Below, one piece after another: positions 34,950-40,675 of a stretch of DNA of 40,675 nt. Under the pieces are notes generated by a model, which saw nothing but the letters and a program-made list of their open reading frames with translations, had not been told where the DNA came from and made no database searches. The stretch's first letter is position 1. The number at the start of each line of letters is the position of its first letter. The DNA is from a virus (Duplodnaviria > Caudoviricetes), in IMG/VR virus record IMGVR_UViG_3300049000_000025, positions 1 through 40,675 of that record; one strand, given 5' to 3'. The position numbers and the translations under genes were made by a program.

Positions 34950-35513
34950 TCAAGATGGCACTCCCGCTTCCAACCCAATCGCTTCCGCAATTTCCTTCCC
35001 CACGAACTGAGCCGTGATGTCTTTCGGGATCATGCGCGTGCTGTAGCACTCCACCCAGGGCGCTCCGGGCCAGTATTGCAGGAGTCTTTCATGCCTTAGG
35101 CGGGCAAAGTGTAGGGAGCGGTGCCAAAGACGCGCTACGGGCTTCCCTGACAGTAGGAGGTGGAAGAGGATTGCAGCTACCCGCTCCCACTTTCGCGTCT
35201 CATCTACCCAGTAGCGGATATTCTTGGCTTCCTGCTTCTCGATGCGCTCACGCTTGGCTACCTTGGCGCGGTGCAGCGCCATTGCCTGCGGGTTCCATTC
35301 GCCATCGAATAGGTCTTTGTAGGTCAGGCCCACAGCTTTTAGAACATCGCGAGTATCGCAGCCACTAGACATACAGCGCATCAGAACGCCGCGCTTTCCC
35401 TCTGCGATTGACAATGATGGCTTCCTGTCCGGGTGTGAGGGACAAATAGCCACATACTTGCCTTTGCCGATGCGTTTTGCATTGAACACCTGGGCGATTT
35501 CTTTTACGGTCAA
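34950..35513 (-). CDS. Primase-type CHC2 zinc-finger protein without TOPRIM domain
   Basis: CPSHPDRKPSLSI......C...GC...DV..A.GL...DLF. Confidence 0.8.
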   Translation of the reverse strand: MTVKEIAQVFNAKRIGKGKYVAICPSHPDRKPSLSIAEGKRGVLMRCMSSGCDTRDVLKAVGLTYKDLFDGEWNPQAMALHRAKVAKRERIEKQEAKNIRYWVDETRKWERVAAILFHLLLSGKPVARLWHRSLHFARLRHERLLQYWPGAPWVECYSTRMIPKDITAQFVGKEIAEAIGLEAGVPS

Positions 35514-37066
35514 ACTGCCACCGCCTGCTTCGCTTCCTTCTCTTTACCCTTGATCCATTTAATCATCTGGCTGCGGCACCAGCGATCTGTCTCCATTGAG
35601 GGCGACTGAGGTGCAACTTTGCCCGCAGGATAGACACCGAATTTCTCCTTGGCCTTAAAATAGGCCCATCCAGGCTTCTTGCCGTGAATTTCGCAGTACC
35701 CCAGAAGCTCAGCGTAGAACTGGCGCTTTTCCTCGATGGTCGCTTCTTTCTTCGCACTCTTCTTCTTTGGCTTGGCGTCGGTCCCCCAGAGCACCAGATC
35801 GCCTTCGGCATGCTCCACGTCTGTTGCGGCTACTTCCACGTGTCCACACTTGCACGAACGTGTTCCCGGATCCATCAGCACATGGCAGTTGGGGCATTTC
35901 TTTGGAGGCTTTGGCTTCTGGTCTTTGTCGTAGGTTTCGCCCTTGTCTCCGGGCTTGTGCGCATCCAGGTGATCGTGATGGATGTCGAAGAAGAATCCCA
36001 AGCGCTGATTGTTACCCGCTTGGTCGATGTAGATGAGGTGTTCTTTACCGGGGGCCGTGCGGATGCCGCGTCCGCCCTTTTGCACGTGCGTGATCTCAGA
36101 TTTACATAGTTGGGCATCGATAATGCAGCGAACGTCCTTGTCGATACCGGTCGTTAGACATCCAACAGAGGCGATGCCACGGATGTATCCCCTGTCGTAC
36201 TCCTCAAACAGTTCTTTGCGCTCTTCTGGAGTCGAGAAACCGTCGATGTAACCCCAAGGGATGCCAGAGGCGATGAAAGCCTGCTGTAGCACCTCTGCGT
36301 GCTTACGGTTCATAGCAAACAGGAACGTATGATCGGGTGCACCGAAGCGCAGCCACATATCGACCGTGTTCCCGACGATCTCATCCTGTGACATAATCTT
36401 CGCGCCTTGCTCCTGGTCGAAGTCAGTCTCGCCAAATTCGTTACGCTTTGACTTGAGTCCGGAAATGTTCGGCTCGAATCGCTTTTCTGGGCCATAGCCG
36501 ATAGTGGGCGTCAACCAACCTTCCGTGATGAGTTCTTTGGTAGTCGCTGCGACCACAAGCTCCGTCCACCTAAGGCCCATACCGCGAGACCACGGCGTAG
36601 CTGTCAGCCCAACGATGATGACATCCTTCCATTCATCGGAGTCGATCATGTCGTTAAACTTCTTCCACGAGTTGTGCGCCTCATCTACAAGCATGATGTC
36701 GGCTTTGGGTATGCCCCTTCGAATGAGCGTCTGGATCGATCCAACTTGCGTGCGGGCATAGAGATTCGTTCGCGGGTGATTGGCCTGTATGACGCCAATG
36801 TCTGTGATGCCCTGATTTTCCAGCGATGCCACCGTCTGGTTTATCAAGGCAATAGCCGGAGCGCAGAAGATTGGCTTCTTGCCCTTGTCCAATGCGCCCG
36901 CGATGATGTGCGAAGCCAGCACGGTCTTACCGAATCCGGTAGGTGCCTGCACAATGATGCGCTTGTGGCCTTCGCGAATAGCCTGACGCAATCCCAGGAT
37001 CGCAGCTTCCTGGCGCGGGCGTAATGGCTTGAGTGTGCGTTCAATGGTGCCCTCGAATAAAGTCAC
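35510..37066 (-). CDS. SF2 DEAH helicase with C-terminal Zn finger
   Basis: LRPRQ, APTGFGKT, DEAH, GLTATP, TTGID, Q..GRG.R, CPNC..CKCG. Confidence 0.92.
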   Translation of the reverse strand: MTLFEGTIERTLKPLRPRQEAAILGLRQAIREGHKRIIVQAPTGFGKTVLASHIIAGALDKGKKPIFCAPAIALINQTVASLENQGITDIGVIQANHPRTNLYARTQVGSIQTLIRRGIPKADIMLVDEAHNSWKKFNDMIDSDEWKDVIIVGLTATPWSRGMGLRWTELVVAATTKELITEGWLTPTIGYGPEKRFEPNISGLKSKRNEFGETDFDQEQGAKIMSQDEIVGNTVDMWLRFGAPDHTFLFAMNRKHAEVLQQAFIASGIPWGYIDGFSTPEERKELFEEYDRGYIRGIASVGCLTTGIDKDVRCIIDAQLCKSEITHVQKGGRGIRTAPGKEHLIYIDQAGNNQRLGFFFDIHHDHLDAHKPGDKGETYDKDQKPKPPKKCPNCHVLMDPGTRSCKCGHVEVAATDVEHAEGDLVLWGTDAKPKKKSAKKEATIEEKRQFYAELLGYCEIHGKKPGWAYFKAKEKFGVYPAGKVAPQSPSMETDRWCRSQMIKWIKGKEKEAKQAVAV

Positions 37067-37245
37067 GATGCACGCTCCACATACAGACCGGTCACTCTGT
37101 TGGCCAAGTACCCACGCCGCACGGCTTCTTTGACGGCTTCTTTGGTGAACTCGGAATCGCGGCCATTCTCTTTCATGGCGGGCAAAACGAGTTCATTCCA
37201 TTCTGATAATTGGGGCACGTGAGCAAAAACTTCTTTGTAATTCAC
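37063..37245 (-). CDS. Hypothetical protein
   Basis: GTG start after AAGGA; coupled to helicase. Confidence 0.5.
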   Translation of the reverse strand: MNYKEVFAHVPQLSEWNELVLPAMKENGRDSEFTKEAVKEAVRRGYLANRVTGLYVERAS

Positions 37246-37467
37246 AGGTAATCCTTTCCTCAAGTAAGGAAGAGTGCGAGAACTTGAGGATTCTCGCACT
37301 CACTGCGTCGGTAGCGAACCAACGTTTATCCAGGTTAGTTATTGGGAGGCAACAACTGCCTTCCAGTGTATAGCAAAATAGCGTAAAGCGCGTTATCGGC
37401 TTCTACAAAAGCATAAAGCGGATGCGCTTTGGCTATATGCAGCGTTGTATAGCAGGGAGAGGGAAAG

Positions 37468-37674
37468 TTAGCGAGAAATAGGAGGTTCGTTCTGTCGATA
37501 TACACAACTCTCAGTGGGTTTTTCTGGAGCACGCAGATCCGGGGAGAACTTTCCATGACCAGCAAGAGGAACTTTCCTGTATGGATCCCAGATGGTTCCG
37601 CAGAAGCAGCAGATTTCGCCCTTGTCTGAGTTCCCAAACGACATCCCAGCTTTGTGCCAGCAGTGCTTACTCAT
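37468..37674 (-). CDS. Small Cys/His protein
   Basis: HCWH, CCFCG; RBS GAGG. Confidence 0.55.
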   Translation of the reverse strand: MSKHCWHKAGMSFGNSDKGEICCFCGTIWDPYRKVPLAGHGKFSPDLRAPEKPTESCVYRQNEPPISR

Positions 37675-37846
37675 CGCTCACCGCCTCTTCTAGAGAAACT
37701 AGCGGCTGCTTCTGGTAGAGCCTATGAATAAAGTCTGACATGTTCAGCATCTTCTCGTACAGAGATACGCCGTAAATGTCGCCGCGCTCTAGTGCCTCTT
37801 CGCGAGCCTTCAAAAGCCTTTCGATGCCTTCATTGTATTTTTTCAT
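37667..37846 (-). CDS. 59-aa hypothetical protein
   Basis: MKKYNEGIERLL...; RBS AGGAGGT. Confidence 0.55.
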   Translation of the reverse strand: MKKYNEGIERLLKAREEALERGDIYGVSLYEKMLNMSDFIHRLYQKQPLVSLEEAVSDE

Positions 37847-37992
37847 TCTCGTACCTCCTTCTCTATCGGTAAAGCGGGGGAAAGCAAATATTTCAAGGTT
37901 TCATAAATTTCATCCGCTCGCTTCCACTTTCCGTCCTTCTGTAAGCGGACGAGTTCCATTTTTAGTTCCGCGATCTGCTCTTGCTTGGTCAT
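37843..37992 (-). CDS. 49-aa hypothetical protein
   Basis: MTKQEQIAELK...; RBS GGAGG, coupled. Confidence 0.55.
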   Translation of the reverse strand: MTKQEQIAELKMELVRLQKDGKWKRADEIYETLKYLLSPALPIEKEVRE

Positions 37993-38234
37993 GATGCCTC
38001 CGGGGGTGCGGGTAAGTATTGCCAGTGCGTTACTTCCCATGGGGAAATACGCCCATTCCATTCGAATCGTGGAGCACGAGATTTAGCAGTATTGCCACAA
38101 TCCGATTGCGCATAAGACATGGCGATAACCTGCTTTGACGATGTGCAGCAAATAACATTTACGCTTCCGAAGCTAAGGCCTACTCGCCTCTCTATTACTG
38201 GCATACGGTCGCTACACTTAATCCATTCGCTCAT
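37989..38234 (-). CDS. DUF551-family protein
   Basis: MSEWIKCSDRMP...VTHWQYLPAPP. Confidence 0.85.
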   Translation of the reverse strand: MSEWIKCSDRMPVIERRVGLSFGSVNVICCTSSKQVIAMSYAQSDCGNTAKSRAPRFEWNGRISPWEVTHWQYLPAPPEAS

Positions 38235-38509
38235 GCGATCACCACCTCAATCTCCATCAATTTACGTTCGTCTTCAACCATGGTTTCGGCAATAGTGCAG
38301 ATCTCCGAAACCGTTGTCTCGTAAGCCTGCGCGAAGCTAGTCAAGCTGTGCAGTGAGGGTATCGCATAGCCCAACTCGATCCGGCTGATGTAGTTCTCCC
38401 AGAATCCGGTTGCAATAACCAGGTCCAGCCTCCGCATCTTGTGGTGCTTGCGGAGTGCTCGCAGGGCTGGGCCGATCTTGCATTCAAATGCGGTGCGGGG
38501 TTCGTTCAT
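38231..38509 (-). CDS. XRE-family HTH regulator
   Basis: IG.ALR.LR......DL...TG...YISRIE.G...PSL..L. Confidence 0.85.
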   Translation of the reverse strand: MNEPRTAFECKIGPALRALRKHHKMRRLDLVIATGFWENYISRIELGYAIPSLHSLTSFAQAYETTVSEICTIAETMVEDERKLMEIEVVIA

Positions 38510-38718
38510 TAGTTTACCGTCGCATCTGGCATTACTTCATCTGCCATAACGCTGATTTCGTGCTTGTGCGTTACCTCGCCCATTGGAAGTTCATTCTCAA
38601 ACATTGCTGCGTGCTCCAAAACATTAGTGTTGGCTTCTTCTTCGGTATCTGCACTGGTCCGTACCCACCGACCGTTAGTGGTTGTAGTTATTACGTATGC
38701 GCTCCACATTTTACTCAT
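38509..38718 (-). CDS. Hypothetical protein
   Basis: Coupled at both ends; RBS GGAGG. Confidence 0.6.
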   Translation of the reverse strand: MSKMWSAYVITTTTNGRWVRTSADTEEEANTNVLEHAAMFENELPMGEVTHKHEISVMADEVMPDATVN

Positions 38719-39446
38719 GCTTTCCTCCCAAACACCGCGTCCAGTTCGGCATCGCTCAGGAAGTCTTCAGGGTGCTCAATCTCCTGCGCCGCCTCTGCGA
38801 TCTCCGGGTTGCGGGCGTTTAACTCTGCTATGAGGGCATCGACTTCGGACAGGAATTGAATTACCCCAGCTTCCATCTCAGCTATCCGGGCATCGTCGCG
38901 CTCTACGCGCTTCACAAATAACTGATGCCGCAAAGGTAGACGGGGATCAAAGCTCACAAAGTCCGCAAACTTGCGCTCAGTGCAGGCAAGTTGCCATTGT
39001 ACCTGCGGCTCGTAATCGGGCGGTAGCCGATCTTCCAGCATATATTTCAAATGCGTGTCCGTCTTAGGAGCTTTTATTTCGATAACGCCATCCACGCCTA
39101 GAAGCGAATCTGGACTGGCTCCTGCCCGTTCAATGGTGGGGTGGTAGACAAACCCTACCTGAGAAGTAAGAACGTCGTAGCGGGCCTCGTATGCGGCGCG
39201 TGCATACTGCTCCTGCTCGGTTCCCCACTGCATGTAGGGGTTCAGGTAGCCATCCATCATTGGCATATGGCTAAGCGTCTCGGCAACGATCTGGGCGCGG
39301 TAGTCGGCCCGCGCTGCCAACTCTTTACCCTTCTTTTCCCCGATCTTACCGAAAGCCAGCACCGCAGCAACTTTAGAAGCGGTAACTTTGCCAGCCCTCG
39401 CCTGAAACCAGCCAGAACTACCTTGAGATGAATTGTCTACAATCAT
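38715..39446 (-). CDS. YqaJ / lambda-exonuclease family protein
   Basis: QGS..W...R.GKVTAS, M.WG.EQE..AR, GASPD, EIKAP, QVQWQL, DFVSFDPR. Confidence 0.92.
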   Translation of the reverse strand: MIVDNSSQGSSGWFQARAGKVTASKVAAVLAFGKIGEKKGKELAARADYRAQIVAETLSHMPMMDGYLNPYMQWGTEQEQYARAAYEARYDVLTSQVGFVYHPTIERAGASPDSLLGVDGVIEIKAPKTDTHLKYMLEDRLPPDYEPQVQWQLACTERKFADFVSFDPRLPLRHQLFVKRVERDDARIAEMEAGVIQFLSEVDALIAELNARNPEIAEAAQEIEHPEDFLSDAELDAVFGRKA

Positions 39447-40168
39447 TCCGCCACCAAGTCTTTCTGGCGCTGGTTCTTAGCCTTGATGATGTCCGCAATC
39501 GCAGACTTATCTCCAAAGGTCTCCGCAGCCCGCTTGTATCCGGTACTATACGTCTTCTTCAGTTCAGTTTCGTTGGCGCTTGCGCGGATGTTATCCAAAT
39601 GCGTAACCAGTTCAGACTCCGGCATGCCTTCCTTGGAACCCTTGCCACCATCGTCATCAGTGCCAGACGCTGCCAGCCCTGTTGCCGCCAGAAGCGTGTA
39701 GCGCTGGAGGTAAGTTACCGTCGAGCCAATCGCCTGGATTGCATTCTTGCTACCGCTGGAGTCTGCCGGGCCAACCAGTGTGGTCGATTCACTATGACCC
39801 ATATCGTGCGACAGGATACAAGTCACTGACACTGTGCCGCCATCCTGCTTCGTTTCCCACCGGTGCCGAACGCCTACCTTGCTCAGAGCTGGAGTTATCG
39901 TCTCCACAACATTATCAATCGAAGCATAGTGCAGGTCGATACTTCCAGCTTTCTTGCTAATGTTTTTATTGATTCGCGGAGGGTCGGCTTTGAACTGCGC
40001 CATAGATGCGTTGAACGCTTTTCGGGCCTCATCCGCCTCCACTCGGAGCTTGAGGTCAAATAATTGCGCCATCATCTCCACGCTGGCACCCTGCGCCGCT
40101 GCACGCTGAATCAGCGCCATCGGTGTAACTTCCTGCTCTTGCTCCACTACTGCCAGTTCGTTGCTCAT
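39443..40168 (-). CDS. erf: ERF-family single-strand annealing protein
   Basis: YA....V...I.P.L...G, H..GHSE, QAIGS.VTY.QRY.L.A.TGLA...DDDG. Confidence 0.9.
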   Translation of the reverse strand: MSNELAVVEQEQEVTPMALIQRAAAQGASVEMMAQLFDLKLRVEADEARKAFNASMAQFKADPPRINKNISKKAGSIDLHYASIDNVVETITPALSKVGVRHRWETKQDGGTVSVTCILSHDMGHSESTTLVGPADSSGSKNAIQAIGSTVTYLQRYTLLAATGLAASGTDDDGGKGSKEGMPESELVTHLDNIRASANETELKKTYSTGYKRAAETFGDKSAIADIIKAKNQRQKDLVAE

Positions 40169-40374
40169 GCTGCCTCCGGTTTCGGTTCATATTGCTTGAT
40201 TCGATAATCCCAAAATGGTGCAAAATTTTCATGTGCTGCAAGCAGGCCCTCCGCAGCTGGTCTACCTACGCATGCCACCAGAGGAAACCACCTTTCTGCG
40301 CCCGGAGTGCGCTGCTCAATTACCCATACTCCCTTGGTCACCTGCTGCCTGCTTTCGTTCGCATCTGTATCCAA
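40165..40374 (-). CDS. Hypothetical protein
   Basis: ATGA coupling to erf; start uncertain. Confidence 0.5.
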   Translation of the reverse strand: MDTDANESRQQVTKGVWVIEQRTPGAERWFPLVACVGRPAAEGLLAAHENFAPFWDYRIKQYEPKPEAA

Positions 40375-40607
40375 GCAATCCCGCTAATGTTGCAGATTGC
40401 GGTCATGATCCACCACGGCAAGCTACCGAATTCCGTAATGAGCGCAGATGCCAGGCATATGAAGAACACGCTGGCAAAGAAGAACCTCCAAACCTTGCGC
40501 CTGCGGTCGAACTCGCGCATGTCGTGCTTGAAGTCCCAGGTATAAGGGCTGTTACCAAGAGGTTCTTCAGGGTAAAGCGCACGATATTCTTTTTCATTCA
40601 ATGCCAT
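40338..40607 (-). CDS. Two-TM membrane protein
   Basis: RRRK followed by two hydrophobic segments; RBS GGAGG. Confidence 0.6.
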   Translation of the reverse strand: MALNEKEYRALYPEEPLGNSPYTWDFKHDMREFDRRRKVWRFFFASVFFICLASALITEFGSLPWWIMTAICNISGIAWIQMRTKAGSR

Positions 40608-40675
40608 TAGTTTGCCCTCCATACAATAATTCCAAATACTGCTCCATAAAATGCAATTTCAACCATCAGGGCTTT
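40607..40675 (-). CDS. 3' part of the junction-spanning two-TM protein (starts at 145)
   Basis: In frame after the 7-nt overlap; TAATG coupling to the next gene. Confidence 0.7.
   Translation of the reverse strand, partial: KALMVEIAFYGAVFGIIVWRAN

Larger units (their letters stand above)
1..40675. mobile_element. Complete tailed-phage genome with P22-like (podovirus-type) morphogenesis module
   Basis: Terminase, portal, coat, tail, lysis and recombination genes in phage order; no host housekeeping genes; 7-nt terminal overlap with an ORF continuing across it. Confidence 0.93.

Noticed and set aside
1-40675. Integrase, reverse transcriptase/DGR, tRNA genes, stop-codon recoding
   Set aside because: No tyrosine/serine recombinase or YxDD RT motifs, no TR/VR pair or cloverleaf noticed; core genes are intact in the standard code

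Overview
The window is an apparently complete, circularly closed dsDNA phage genome of about 40.67 kb. The first and last 7 nt (GGGCTTT) overlap, and a two-TM ORF reads in frame across the join. The morphogenesis module is P22-like (podovirus type): terminase S/L, portal, scaffold, coat, adaptor, gp10-like nozzle, GNAT and three ejection proteins. There is a lysis cassette with a GH24 lysozyme and a replication/recombination block (ERF, YqaJ exonuclease, SF2 helicase, stand-alone primase-type Zn finger, RusA, HNH, N6-adenine and C5-like methyltransferases). I found no integrase, DNA polymerase, tRNA or CRISPR array. The host is probably a diderm, possibly Acidobacteriota (weak inference). Strongest unusual signals: (1) six proteins in the virion operon, including fibre/depolymerase-like ones, carry Sec-type signal peptides and even Cys counts, suggesting exported virion parts; (2) a multi-TM membrane protein flanked by two tiny peptide genes at the head of the lysis operon; (3) two separately promoted, structured 400-480 nt non-coding regions that share motifs; (4) four NrdR-box-like sites upstream of the terminase; (5) an Acb2/Tad1-like anti-defence sponge candidate. 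All family calls come from reading motifs by eye; no searches or folding programs were run.
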